Source: a virus. Taken from it: a DNA stretch of 58,821 nucleotides. The position numbers and the translations under genes were made by a program. Under the pieces are notes generated by a model that saw only the letters and a list, made by a program, of their open reading frames with translations, was not told the DNA's origin and searched no databases. Within the stretch, counting starts at the first letter, position 1. Each line of letters starts with the position of its first letter. Location of the stretch: the IMG/VR virus record IMGVR_UViG_3300037875_000261; one strand, given 5' to 3'. Positions 6,205-17,500 of the stretch are shown in pieces.

Positions 6205-9200
6205 TCAGAAGCTCTCGTTCAGGAGGAAGCGACGCGCGCTCGTCATGTCGTGCAGAGTCGCGGCGATCACGCGAACGCGGGTGCGGAAGGAATGAATGCG
6301 AACGTCGTACGTCGTGTCGGGACGCGTGGCGACGATCCTGAACTGGATGTCGACGAACGAGTAGAGCCCCGGCTTGAACTCGCGCCAAGCCTGCCAGCCG
6401 TCGCTCGCTCCGGTCGTGTTGATCCGAGCCTCGATACCGATCGTCGCGTTCGCCGTCTCGTTCGGCAGCACATGCGTCGGGCCTTCCCACGTCGCGCGTA
6501 CCGCGAGCGGGTCGCCCCACATCCCGGAGGCCGCTCCCCAGTGGATCGGACTGATCTGCTCCGCCGCGACCGACGCCTCGACGTAGCAGCGGCGGGGCTG
6601 GCTCTTGTGATACGCGACGCGCGTGCCCGTCTCAGCCGTCGTGTACGTCGCGCTCACTCCCGCGCTGAACTCAAGCCACCCGTCGGCGTGACGTTGCAGA
6701 TTCGATAACGCGGGATCGCCCGTCGGCGGGGCGCTGTCGGTTTTCCACCCGTTCGCGTAGGTCGACCACTCATTGTCGCCGAACTCGCCGGGCCATCGAC
6801 TTGTGTCCGTCAGCACGTCGGGCGTGAACGTGATCGTCGCGTGCTCGCTGTACTGCCCGAGCGTATTGCGTGCGCGGAAGTACAGGTCACCGATCGACCA
6901 GTCACTCAGCGGCGGAGACTCCGATGTACCGGGCTGGGAAACGAACACCACCGGGGCCGCGATCCATCCGCCGCGCCTGATCTCGACGACGTATGTGTCG
7001 CGGTTCGCGGTCGCGGGGATCCCCCACGAATAGATGACCTGATCGCCCTGCATGTCGGCTGCGACGTTCGTCGGCACGTCGGGATACGGGCCGATCCCGA
7101 CGACCGTGTGCGTCGCGCGTCCGCAGTTGTCGGCGATCGCGAACGCCCCCCGATGCGTCACGGGCTGGATCGCGACGTCGATCGAGCTACCGGCGACGGC
7201 GGCGTCGAGCGGTACGCGCGCGCTGGTCGCGTTTCCTTCTACCGTGCGTGCGATCTCCCACTGCGCCCCGTCCTCTCGCGTGAGCACGTTCGTCCGCGCG
7301 TGATGCACGACCGTCGCCGGGTCGTGCGCCCACGAAACGAACAACACGGCGCGAACACCGCCGGGGATGGCGACGTATCTGTCGTCGGTCGTGACACCTC
7401 GCACGCGACCGGGCGTGACCCTGTCGTCGCCTGGGACGTCGTCGCCGCCGACGCCGCTCTGAATGAGTTCCGTGACGGTGATCGGGTCGACCACGTCGTC
7501 GACGTAGATCGACGCGTTGTACTCTATGAACTGAATGGACTTCGTCATGTCGACGAGCTGCTCGGTGCTAGTCACCTCGACGAGAAGCTCGTCGCCGTTC
7601 CTGACGAGGATGTACGCGTCGTCCTTGCTGGCCTTGGCGGGCAGCGCCGTCCAGCCGCCGGTCGTGTCAAGCGTGACGGTGGTTCCCGCCGCGTACGATC
7701 CGCCGCCCGTGGTCAGCTTCGCCTGATGACGGTGCGACGCCTCGCCGACTTGAATGAACAGATAGTATTCGGACACGCCGTCGATCACGAAGTCTCGATC
7801 GAGCGTGGCCGTCGTCGTGCTCGCCGCGTCAGACAGAATCCGACCGGATACGCCGCGAGGAACGATGTCGTGCGCGATGCGCGCGATGTCGCCGGGCTCG
7901 ACGGCGATCGAGTCGACGGCCATCTTGAAACGACCCTGCCTGATCAGGTCGTTGTTCACGTTCAGCGAGAAGTTCCCGTGACGGATGATCTGCGCCCGAT
8001 CCGTGACTCCCCAGACGAAGGTCTGATCCCTGCGCAGATCGACCAGCGACGCGGGGTTCTTGATCGACTTGTGATTCACGATCTCGATCGCGCGTTCGTG
8101 ACGGTCGTCGGCGTCGAGGAAGCCGATGTCGATCGAGTTGTCTCGCTGCTCCGGTCCCTCGTACTCGATCTCGAACGACCCCTTGATGTACGAGCCCATC
8201 CCGACCTCGACGTCGGGCGACCTCGGGTGCGAATACTTGACGGAGATCACCGAGCCACGCTGTACGGGAACCGCGCGACCGACCGCACATATCTCGATGA
8301 GCGCATCCCACGCCGTGCGAGTCTCGTCGAAGATGCCGTTGAGCGCGAAGCGGTGCTGGCCCGTCGTGTAGAACGCGCCATTCGCCTCGGCCTCGGGCGT
8401 GACGATTCCGTCGGCGATCAGGTACTCGGACCCGCTGACGAATTCTTCCCAGGGCTCCGTTTCGTCCGTGCGATCCCACCAGCACTTGACAACCCACTGG
8501 ACCGCCTCCTGCACGATGTCGTGAATCTCGTACCCCGTACCCTCGGGCGAGTCGAGATCATTCGTCAGAAGATCGACGCCGCTCGCGGGCCAGTTCTCAA
8601 GGCGCACGAATCCGCCGATCCTGAACTCCTCCGGCAGCACGTCGCCGAAGCGCGGCAGCCCGGTCGTCTGCGATATGCGCGCGATGTACATCCACAGCGC
8701 ACCGCGCACCTCACCAGTGACGGGGTCGGTCGCCTCGACGCCTTGGGAGAACCAGCGAATGTCGTCATGGATGTATTCGACGTTCGTCGTGTGCTCGACC
8801 TTCGGTCGCCCGTCCCACACGACCTCGTCGCAGTAGTCGGCCCACGCCCGGAACGCGAGCAGGTCGACGCGGTCGATGCTGTAGGTCGTGCCGAGCCCGT
8901 ACTCCTTCGACAAGATCAGGTCGAGCGCGCACCACGCCGGGTTCGACGAGTGACTGCGCGCGATCGTCGGCACCGCGATCGACTCGCCGTCCCAGACGGG
9001 GACCGCGCGACCCTTGAGCAAGAACGAAAGCTCGGGCTGCGTCGTGTTGAGCTGCTCGGTCGCGCGAATCTTCACGCCGACGAGCGTCGAGTTGGGATAC
9101 CGAAGCTCGACGTCGAGCACGCTGACCACCGCCTCGACCTCAACCTCGTCGACTGTCGACGCGTGCGTCGAGTCGACGTTCGTGCGAAGCGCCTCGACGA

Positions 9201-11232
9201 GATACTGGCCGCGCCTGCGATCGCCGAATGAGGTCGTTGACATCAGCCCGCCGGTTACGCCAGCGACGACGCCCCCGTTCAACGTCGCGTCGCCGAAGAA
9301 GCCTCCCACGCTTTCCTCGCTCGACGGCGATCCCGCCGCGTCCCACTTCCAATGGCCGACTCCGGCCTGCGTTCCGGGCACGCCCTCGACGCCGAGGCGC
9401 GCATTGAAACGCGACAGAACCAGCGCGGGCGACCACGCCCCGCCCGTGCCGCCGTTCGGGGCGATGGTCACGATCGTGTCGTCGAAGTCGGCTTCGAGCA
9501 CATGCGCCGGGTTGTTGGCGGCGGTGTTCGGGTGGCCGAACCAGTACATATCGCCAGACGCCATGAACAGGCTGTACGACGTGACGCCCGAGTCGATGAT
9601 CATCTGGCCGTCGAGGAACACGCGGTACCTTCGCTGGGTCGCGGGGTCGTTGAGGTTGTCGATCTCCTGCGTGAAGACGAGGTGCTGCCATGTGTCGAAC
9701 CTGATCCGGGTGAATGGAAACGGCCCGTTGATGTTTAGGTGCTGCCCACCGAACGTCTGACCGGGCCAGACGAACCCCTGGTTGTAGCCGTTGTGGGTTC
9801 CAGCCGATACGCCGTCGTTGACGCGTAGCCAGTAGCTCCAAGTGTAGATCGGAGTCGCAGCCGAGCCGTGTTGCTGCCCATGGTAGTGTCGCGCCACAAT
9901 CTCCCAGCCCATGCCTTTGCCGCCGCCGAGCGTATCGTCGTAGTCGCCGCAGACAAAATACTCGGCACCGTCCGCGACGGAACCGTCGACGGGCAGTTCG
10001 CCAGCGGGGATCTTCAGCCACGTCTCGAAGGTCCAGCTACCGGGCGACGTCGTCAGAGGCTCGAAGGTGGAACTCGCGTCGCGAGTTGCGCGGGCGAACG
10101 AACCGGAAGCGCCGTCGCCTCTGAGGAGCTTGCCGTCCACCGGCACGACCCATGAGTCCTTGTCGAGAAAGTCGCCGCGCAACTCGATCTCGAAGGCGGA
10201 CCTCTGCGCTGCTGCGACAAGTCCTAGCGGCTTCGCCCGAACCCACCCGTCACCGTTCGGCCCGCCGGTCGTGATCGGCGAGCCGCCTCCGTCGAGTTGA
10301 CGATACCGCACCTGCGCCCCGATGAGCGACGAGGTCAGTCCCCCGCCCGACTGACTGTATAGACCGTTGGGGAATCGAAGCCGAACGATGTAGCTGTCTG
10401 ACACCTCGGTCAACGTGTAGCCGACCGCGTACTCGGTCCACAGCGCGTCGTCGCCCGTCCCATACGGATCGGTGGTCACAACCGCCGAGTTGTCGGCGGC
10501 GGTCGTCTCCGTCGAATTGAGCGCCTGCCCCACGGCGAACTCCTGCTTCACCTGCGTGAAACCGGGGATCGGATCCTGCGACTGCGTACCCATGCGGACG
10601 TGCATCTCGATGTCCGAGAAGTTCGTCGCGTCGTTGCCGTCGATCAACGTCAGCTCGGGAGCCGCCGCGATACCGACGCCATTCGGCAGCAGCGGCACGT
10701 CCGTCGCGTTGTCCTCGGTGATGCCGCCGATCGCGTAGTTCGGACCCTCGCCGAGATGAATCAGGATGAACAGCGTCGTCGTCGCGGGAAGCGCGAATAC
10801 CTCTTTCCATTCCGCGATGACCTGACCGCCGACGCGCATGGTGCCGTATGTGACTGGAATCGGCAGGCCCTCGGTGCGACTGTTCGCGATGCCGCCGAAG
10901 CCATACGTCGGGGAACCCTCGTCACCTCTTTTCTTCGCGGCCTTGGGCGGCGGAAGAAGTGCTCTGATCACAAAGCTCACGGCGGTTGAGATCAGGAAGT
11001 TGATGATGAGCGCCTCGACCCCGGCGTTCACCACCAGAACCACGTCGCCTCCGTCACGCACGGGATCCCCGAGATCCATCGCCGCGCCTTCGCTGTACGG
11101 CACGATCCCACCGATGCCGTCCATGTTCGACGGGATCAGGTCGCCGTACGTCAGACCTTCGCGCCACGCGACGACGTGCCGCTCGCGCTCGGTACGGTTG
11201 ACGGGGTTCGTATGAATGACGACGTTGATCAC
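6205..11232 (-). CDS. host-specificity / central tail fibre protein, gpJ-like with a gpI-like N-terminus (about 1675 aa)
   Basis: Largest ORF, and its position follows the K-like gene. The proposed GTG at 11232 overlaps the K stop (GTGA). The N-terminus VINVVIHTNPVNR...hydrophobic LIINFLISTAVSFVIRALL resembles lambda gpI-type assembly proteins. Confidence 0.7.
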   Translation of the reverse strand: MINVVIHTNPVNRTERERHVVAWREGLTYGDLIPSNMDGIGGIVPYSEGAAMDLGDPVRDGGDVVLVVNAGVEALIINFLISTAVSFVIRALLPPPKAAKKRGDEGSPTYGFGGIANSRTEGLPIPVTYGTMRVGGQVIAEWKEVFALPATTTLFILIHLGEGPNYAIGGITEDNATDVPLLPNGVGIAAAPELTLIDGNDATNFSDIEMHVRMGTQSQDPIPGFTQVKQEFAVGQALNSTETTAADNSAVVTTDPYGTGDDALWTEYAVGYTLTEVSDSYIVRLRFPNGLYSQSGGGLTSSLIGAQVRYRQLDGGGSPITTGGPNGDGWVRAKPLGLVAAAQRSAFEIELRGDFLDKDSWVVPVDGKLLRGDGASGSFARATRDASSTFEPLTTSPGSWTFETWLKIPAGELPVDGSVADGAEYFVCGDYDDTLGGGKGMGWEIVARHYHGQQHGSAATPIYTWSYWLRVNDGVSAGTHNGYNQGFVWPGQTFGGQHLNINGPFPFTRIRFDTWQHLVFTQEIDNLNDPATQRRYRVFLDGQMIIDSGVTSYSLFMASGDMYWFGHPNTAANNPAHVLEADFDDTIVTIAPNGGTGGAWSPALVLSRFNARLGVEGVPGTQAGVGHWKWDAAGSPSSEESVGGFFGDATLNGGVVAGVTGGLMSTTSFGDRRRGQYLVEALRTNVDSTHASTVDEVEVEAVVSVLDVELRYPNSTLVGVKIRATEQLNTTQPELSFLLKGRAVPVWDGESIAVPTIARSHSSNPAWCALDLILSKEYGLGTTYSIDRVDLLAFRAWADYCDEVVWDGRPKVEHTTNVEYIHDDIRWFSQGVEATDPVTGEVRGALWMYIARISQTTGLPRFGDVLPEEFRIGGFVRLENWPASGVDLLTNDLDSPEGTGYEIHDIVQEAVQWVVKCWWDRTDETEPWEEFVSGSEYLIADGIVTPEAEANGAFYTTGQHRFALNGIFDETRTAWDALIEICAVGRAVPVQRGSVISVKYSHPRSPDVEVGMGSYIKGSFEIEYEGPEQRDNSIDIGFLDADDRHERAIEIVNHKSIKNPASLVDLRRDQTFVWGVTDRAQIIRHGNFSLNVNNDLIRQGRFKMAVDSIAVEPGDIARIAHDIVPRGVSGRILSDAASTTTATLDRDFVIDGVSEYYLFIQVGEASHRHQAKLTTGGGSYAAGTTVTLDTTGGWTALPAKASKDDAYILVRNGDELLVEVTSTEQLVDMTKSIQFIEYNASIYVDDVVDPITVTELIQSGVGGDDVPGDDRVTPGRVRGVTTDDRYVAIPGGVRAVLFVSWAHDPATVVHHARTNVLTREDGAQWEIARTVEGNATSARVPLDAAVAGSSIDVAIQPVTHRGAFAIADNCGRATHTVVGIGPYPDVPTNVAADMQGDQVIYSWGIPATANRDTYVVEIRRGGWIAAPVVFVSQPGTSESPPLSDWSIGDLYFRARNTLGQYSEHATITFTPDVLTDTSRWPGEFGDNEWSTYANGWKTDSAPPTGDPALSNLQRHADGWLEFSAGVSATYTTAETGTRVAYHKSQPRRCYVEASVAAEQISPIHWGAASGMWGDPLAVRATWEGPTHVLPNETANATIGIEARINTTGASDGWQAWREFKPGLYSFVDIQFRIVATRPDTTYDVRIHSFRTRVRVIAATLHDMTSARRFLLNESF

Positions 11233-11705
11233 TGCGTTCGCCCCGACAGGAAGTGAGACGGCAGACGGTATACGCAGATCACGCGACGGGCGAGGGCCAG
11301 ATGTCCTCGCCGCTTGAATACGTTGCGTCCTTGCGTCGCCGTCAGGAACTCCGGGCCGCGCTCGTTCACAAGAATGTCGATGTGATACTCGCACGCGACG
11401 CCACGGTCGCTGGACATCGACAGCACGACATCGAACAACTGCTTCGCCTGCGCGAGATCGTCACCGATCGCGACCCACGACGTGCCCGGAGGTAACGCGG
11501 ACGCGTCGGCGACGAGAGTGCTCTCCATGCGCGGCCTGTACGGGAAGCCGTGGGCGCGATACGGGATCCCGGCCTCGCGGCATACGGTCGCCGCGACGCC
11601 CTCGCAGTCCAGACCGCCGTCGGATTCGACGTCGACTCCTCCGCGCACGAACGGCTTGCCGATCAGATGATCAACTCGCACCTGGGTCGTCCGTCCGCGC
11701 ATCAT
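11229..11705 (-). CDS. NlpC/P60-type tail peptidase (gpK / GTA g14-like, 158 aa)
   Basis: GKPFVRGGVDVESDGGLDCEGV matches the NlpC/P60 catalytic-Cys context. The ATG overlaps the upstream stop. Confidence 0.65.
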   Translation of the reverse strand: MMRGRTTQVRVDHLIGKPFVRGGVDVESDGGLDCEGVAATVCREAGIPYRAHGFPYRPRMESTLVADASALPPGTSWVAIGDDLAQAKQLFDVVLSMSSDRGVACEYHIDILVNERGPEFLTATQGRNVFKRRGHLALARRVICVYRLPSHFLSGRTQ

Positions 11706-12376
11706 GATCGCCCCTTCGGAATACCGGGGAACGCGCCGAAGTTCTTCGGGTGGTTCTTCGTGACGCCTGTCAGAACCTCGTCGGCCCCGACGAGTTCGCA
11801 CGCGGTGTAGTCGTATCCGGGGCACTCCGTGTACGCAGCGCCGATCGTCTCAAGGTTGTAGCCGCATCCGGGTCCGCCGAGGAAGTATCGGCACTTGCGA
11901 CGGGAGAAGAGACTGCCCGGCACCTTGGCCTTGTAGAGATTCGACGCGCCGATCTCCAGCGCGACGACGTCCGCCGTGCATCTCGTTCGGACGATCTCCG
12001 CGTTCTCGATGATCGCGGTCGACGGGTTCGACAGCTCCTTCTCCGACACGATCATGATTCGAGCCGCCCGCCCGGTGAAACCGTCGCCGACGTCGATCGC
12101 GGTGCTGACCAGGATCGAGTTGCCGATGTTGATCGTGATCGTCGGCAGGTCGCCGTTGATCGCGTTCTTGATCCCCCCGTGCGCGATGGACGCGGGCGAG
12201 TAGGTTATCGGCACGCCGTCGTCGTCCTCACCGAAGTTGACAGCCGTGGTGCTGTTCGTCATCCGGTATCGCTTCGTCGGGTCGCTCGCGTCCTCGAACT
12301 CGTAGAGCCAGATGAACGGGGCCTCGCTCTTCAACTGGCGCGCGTGCAGCGTCGTCACCTGGGAGACGCTCTTCAC
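11702..12376 (-). CDS. minor tail protein, gpL / GTA g13-like (224 aa)
   Basis: C-terminal 4-Cys cluster KCRYFLGGPGCGYN...ECPGYDYTACE, and the position lies before the K-like gene. Confidence 0.55.
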   Translation of the reverse strand: MKSVSQVTTLHARQLKSEAPFIWLYEFEDASDPTKRYRMTNSTTAVNFGEDDDGVPITYSPASIAHGGIKNAINGDLPTITINIGNSILVSTAIDVGDGFTGRAARIMIVSEKELSNPSTAIIENAEIVRTRCTADVVALEIGASNLYKAKVPGSLFSRRKCRYFLGGPGCGYNLETIGAAYTECPGYDYTACELVGADEVLTGVTKNHPKNFGAFPGIPKGRS

Positions 12377-14520
12377 GCGAACAGCTCCTCAAGCACGAAC
12401 GTCGCGCGTTCCGCGTCGGGTCGCAGGAACGTGTGCGCGAGGTTGTCGTTCAGGAAGTGAACGACGAGCGCCTCGCCCGTCTCGGGATGTACCCAGTCGA
12501 ACGGTATCTCTGACCCGTTGTGATCGTTGAAGAACGTCACAAGTGTCGCTCGCTCCGCCGAGTCCTTGTTCATGTTGACGGACCAGTGGCGACGCTTGCT
12601 CGCCCAGCGAAGGAATAAGAATCTGTGACCGAGTTCGAGTTCCTGCCGGTAATGCTCGAACGCCGTCGACGTCTCGATCTCGTACGAAAGCTGAAGGGCA
12701 AGCGTGCCCGACTTGCTGTCCGTCTCACCGGCCATCGCGACGGACGCCTGCGAGTTGATACCGATCAGCGGCGGATCGGTCAACGTCTCCTCGGTCCAGT
12801 GCTTGATCTCAAGCAGGTCGGCGGTTCCATGCGGGTCTGCGAAGAAGTAGAACGCCTCGCCGAAGCCCACGTTGATAGCCTCGGTTCGATAGTCGTACAG
12901 CCAGTCTCCGATGACCTCGATACCCGACACCAGCGGGTTGACGACGAGCGCAGCCGTCGTGGCCTTGACGATGCACTTCATCGCGACCTTGCCTCCGAGC
13001 CCGTTCGCGTCCGTGTTGAAGTTGCGCACCTCGAAGTCGACGTCGAACGCGGTGCCGAGCGCGAGCCCAGCCGACGACAAGTCGAACGTCGCGAGCACGA
13101 TCACTGGCGCGGGCGACGTGTTGCTCGGGCTGCCCGTGTAGAACCTGATCTCAAGCAGCCACACGGGCGACGCGCCATTGTCGTACACGACGCACGCCAT
13201 GTACCCCGAGCGGTTACTGGAAACCGCGCCACGGAAGTTCGGATTCGTCCCGCTGAAGCCGACGCGCAAGGCGACCCCGAACTCGCGCACGACACCGGCC
13301 TCGCCCGAGATCGGCTTGAAGTTGATCTTGCGATGCTGCCCGGTTTCGAGCGCGGGGCGCGACGATACATACCAGCCGTAATGAGGCGAACCAGTCTGCG
13401 CGGTGATGTCGATGCCGACGGTGATCGCGTCCGCCGTGTTGTCGTGCTTCATCGTATCGTAGAAGCCTGGGCCGACCGTCTTCGATTGACCGTCACCCGA
13501 CCACGCCGTCATGAGCGACCGCCCCGTCACGGCGGCGACCGGCGTCTGTTCATCGTCGAACTTGTTGCGACCGGCGTATGCGTTCCACCTGTTGAAGATA
13601 TCGCGCATTACGACGGCACCACTCAGCGGTGCGATCTTGAACCAGTCGACGCCGATGGCCGACGTGTCGCTGCCCGCGTTGTGCATGCACGCCGCGCCGA
13701 ATCCGCAACGACCGACGCCCGTGAACGGTGACGACGAATCGACGACCGTCCCAAGGAGGATCTCGTTGCTGCGGTCGTCCGTCTTGTACAGCTTGATCTC
13801 GACCTCGGTGCCGCCCGTGATGTCCTCGCACGTCATGCGCAACGGGCCAATGTGGTTGACGTTGTTGTTCAGCAGGTCGTCGTCGTAGTCGTTCAGCGAT
13901 ACGTTGTGATCCCAAAGGATCGACGTCACCGCACCGCTGACGACCTTCAGTAGCCACAGCCTGCGCGGTTGACCGGCGCGCTTGTCAACGTGGACGAAGA
14001 AGTACCCGTTGACGTCGTACAGCACCGCATCGTCCGCGCTCGTATTCACGGGCGACGAGTCGGTCGGCGGATCGAGGAGCGTGCCGCCGGTAACGCGAGC
14101 GCAGATACCGTATCCCTTCAGGTGACCGTCGGGCGGATCGCCTTCTGCAATGTAGTGGTTCGGCGCGATCGCGACGTTCACGTCCTGCATCACCGTCGCC
14201 GCGTTACGCGCGAGCGTCCAGCAGATCCAGTCACTATTGCCCGGACCCGACGTCTGCTGCGACTCCTCGCTCGGGTGGAACACCGCGCGCCCCATCATGC
14301 CGACGACCGGGTGAGGGAACGCCTGATAGGCGTCGTGCAGCGTGCCCCATCCCTGGAAGGCGGCGGTCAGGTATCCGGTCGCGCCGTCGATCCTCCACGG
14401 CAGCATGTTCATGTAGAGCGAGGGCGAATCCCCGTAGTCCTCGGCGGTCGCCGCGAACGTGTCGCCGGTCGGAAGTATCTGATCGGGGAAGAGTAGAGCC
14501 ATGTTGTTCACTCCAGGCAT
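12373..14520 (-). CDS. tail-tip / distal tail protein (715 aa)
   Basis: Complete ORF immediately after the tape measure. Function inferred from synteny only. Confidence 0.5.
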   Translation of the reverse strand: MPGVNNMALLFPDQILPTGDTFAATAEDYGDSPSLYMNMLPWRIDGATGYLTAAFQGWGTLHDAYQAFPHPVVGMMGRAVFHPSEESQQTSGPGNSDWICWTLARNAATVMQDVNVAIAPNHYIAEGDPPDGHLKGYGICARVTGGTLLDPPTDSSPVNTSADDAVLYDVNGYFFVHVDKRAGQPRRLWLLKVVSGAVTSILWDHNVSLNDYDDDLLNNNVNHIGPLRMTCEDITGGTEVEIKLYKTDDRSNEILLGTVVDSSSPFTGVGRCGFGAACMHNAGSDTSAIGVDWFKIAPLSGAVVMRDIFNRWNAYAGRNKFDDEQTPVAAVTGRSLMTAWSGDGQSKTVGPGFYDTMKHDNTADAITVGIDITAQTGSPHYGWYVSSRPALETGQHRKINFKPISGEAGVVREFGVALRVGFSGTNPNFRGAVSSNRSGYMACVVYDNGASPVWLLEIRFYTGSPSNTSPAPVIVLATFDLSSAGLALGTAFDVDFEVRNFNTDANGLGGKVAMKCIVKATTAALVVNPLVSGIEVIGDWLYDYRTEAINVGFGEAFYFFADPHGTADLLEIKHWTEETLTDPPLIGINSQASVAMAGETDSKSGTLALQLSYEIETSTAFEHYRQELELGHRFLFLRWASKRRHWSVNMNKDSAERATLVTFFNDHNGSEIPFDWVHPETGEALVVHFLNDNLAHTFLRPDAERATFVLEELFA

Positions 14521-14521
14521 A

Positions 14522-17500
14522 TCAACCCCGAGCCGCCTGTCGCACGCCTTCGATTAGATCGCGGCTGCTGCCGTCGATGAGCTTCGCAGCGACGCCCGCG
14601 ACGATCTCGGGCATGCGCTGAAGAACCGCGTCGCCCGCGCGCTCAGGATCGGGCGACGTGATCTCGAAGTTCAACGAGACATTGTTGTCGCCGCCTCCAC
14701 CTCCGTTCGCCGTGCTCCCGACTTCCGCGCGTACGGTGCGGGCGATTCGAGATATGAATTCGTCCTGCCCCGCGAACGGGACGCCGCCGCCTTCCAGCGG
14801 AACGAACAGTTCAGACTTGCCGGGCACCTCGCCGAACAGCCCGAGCGTCGGCTGACTCACGACGCCGCCGCTCGCGAACGAACGGGTCAAGACGCCGCCG
14901 TCCGCAAACTGCGGGGGCAGTACGTCAACGCCGGGGAGGGCGGGCGCTCCAGCGGCGGCAGACCCGGCTTGACCACCCAGGGCGGCTGCGCTGAATATGC
15001 TGGACAGGAATCCGCCGTCGTCCGTTAGCGAGCCAGCAGCCATAGTGGTCGTGAGGGCTGTAGTCGCAGTGGTGAGCGCGATCGTGGCAGTCGTCTGGGC
15101 GCTGATACCCAGGGTCAGCGACGTGGTCGCGGCGATTTGCTCGACCTCCACGGCATCGTCGACGCCAAGCCCCAGGCTCCCGAGGAGACGAATGGTCAGC
15201 TCCTCGGTAGCCAGCGCGGCGAGGTCGGCGGTGAACGCCTCAAGGGCCGCGCTGCCGTCCTCGAATCCGTCCGCTATCGAACGTCCCAAGTTGCTGCCGA
15301 AGTTCGCGGTCGCGCCCGCGATGTCGCGGGCAAAATCTGCCCCGCGCTCTGCTGCGGTGCCGAGTTCTTCGCCGACCTGACGCATACCTTCAGAGAAGCC
15401 CTCGCCGAAGGTGCCGTCCTCCATGATCTTTCGGACGCGCTCTGCCTCGTCGGAGATCTCCTGCTGGACGACCCGATCCTCTTCGTGAACGCGCAAGCGT
15501 TCGAGGTCGATGAGGAGACGCTGCGCGAGCGAACTAAGCTGACGCCCCGCGAGTTCGTCGCCGATGTCTGCGCGCTGCGCCTCGATCGCCGCGACCTGCG
15601 CCTCGTTGCGAAGAAGCAACGCCTCGCGGGATCCCATGTACTCGCTCGTCAGATCGGCTTCAAGCTGGCGCGCGTTCGCGAGCGCGGAGCTATAAACGTC
15701 GAGCACGCGACCGGCCTCGATCTCGGCGTCGTTCATCGCCTTCAGCTCGGCGACGGTTAGCCCGATGTTCGCGATGAAGCCGATGAGCGACGCGGCTGCG
15801 CGATTTGCGCCTTCGGTGAACTCTCCGTCGTCGAACCCCGCCTTGAGCTTGACGGCGGCGTCGGCTTGAAGCAGCTTGATCTTGCGCGCACGCTCGTCGA
15901 GGATCGCAAGCTCGGCAGCGGCGACCTCGTCCGTTTGCTTCTGAAGTTTCGCGAGGTCTTTTCGTTTCTCGTCCGTCGACTTCGCGCTCTGCTCGATCAG
16001 CAGCTTGCCCGCTGCGACTTCCTCCGTGATCCCGTTGAGCTTCTTCTTTCGCAGCACCTCGATCAGCGCGAGTTCCTTGTCGAGCCCGGTGAGCAGTTGC
16101 GCGTGCAGAGCTTCGAGACGTAGAGCCCCGTCGACGTTGCCCTTCGCCGCCTCGTTGATCTCGTTGAAACTCGAAGCGCCCTCTTCGCCTAGCGTGCCGA
16201 AGTCCTGCGTCAAGCGAAGGATCCCATCGCCGTACGTCGACAGAACCGGGAGCAACCTACCCTTGATCGTTTCGCCCAGATCATCTCCGACGATCTTCGC
16301 GCCAGCCTCGACGACCTTGAAGATCGGAGTCAGGAATCGCTTACCCTCTTTCGTGACCCCCTGATCGAACCCTTGAAGCATGCGCTTCACGCCATCCTCG
16401 CCGACGACGATCAAGTCGTTCGCGAGACGCTCGTCGAACTTCAGCCTTCCCGTCAGCTCGATCGCGGTGTCGAAGCGCCCGCGCCTTTTCGCGTCCTTGA
16501 TCGCGACCTCAAGAGAGTCCTTGAATTTAGGACCGATGCCGACCCCGATGTCGGCGTCCGAGAAGTCGAAGAGATCGAAGACGAGAGCTTCCAGCGCGTC
16601 CTTGTCGAACTCTGCGCCGACCTTCGTCAGCTTCTCGAAGCGCGCGACGAACTCGTCAAGCTGCTTTTGTCGCGGCCCGTCAAGCTCACCGGTGGCGGCG
16701 GCGAGTTCGCGCAGCTCGGCAGCGAGCCCGCCGAGGAATGCGACCTGCGTTTCAGGCAGCGCGTCGCCGACATCTGCGAGCGTCGTCCGAAGGTGCTCGC
16801 CGATCTCGCGGAACACTTCGGCACGAACGTCGGGGACGACGGGCACTTCGAGCACGATCTCTTGATCGTCGAGCTGCACCGTGTCGAAGAGGCGGTCCAC
16901 CGCATCGCCGAAGTCCTGCACGCCCGTCTGATCCAACTTCGTCTCTAACTTGATCGCGAGCGTCCTGCCGAGATCCTCCTGACCGACGGTCGCGATCACG
17001 GTGACGAGGTCGGAGATTTCGTCCGCAGAGAACCCGGCAGCTTCGCCCAGTCGGATCAAGCCCTCGGTCGTAGCGGCCAGCTCTGTCGGCTCGTCGATGC
17101 CGAGCAGTTCCTGCGCGAGGTCGAGCGTGTCACTCGTCGCGATCGAGATGCCTTCGGCGAGAGCCTTCACGCCGTCGACGGTCAAGAACACCGTGTCGAG
17201 AAACCCCTCGCCGACCGTCGCGAGCACGTTGCCGAACACCTTGAGGGCGTCGAGCGCGCGCTTGCCGCTCGACTGCTGGATGCGATCGAACGACTGCGCT
17301 GTCGACCCGAGGCGATCGTCGAGCGACGCGAGCTTGTCGGACAGAAGCTGCGACTGGTCGCCGGTCAGGGCAAGGAAGCCCGTAACCGCACGGATCTCGA
17401 CCAGCATCTCGCGGATCGCAGTCGTGTCGCCATCGAGTGCGATGAAGATGTCCTGCAACGTGTCGGCGAATCCCTGCCCCGACAGGTTCGCGCGGTCGAA

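Noticed and set aside
6841-9231. Long plus-strand ORF (796 aa) and similar ones (516..1391, 1688..2710, 12625..13731, 27743..29530 except its last 66 codons, 33364..34884, 37810..38658, 51278..52678)
   Set aside because: They lie antisense to or overlap well-supported minus-strand genes. They are dominated by Arg, Ala, Gly, Pro, Asp and Val, as expected for shadow frames in GC-rich DNA. They contain no motif I recognise.
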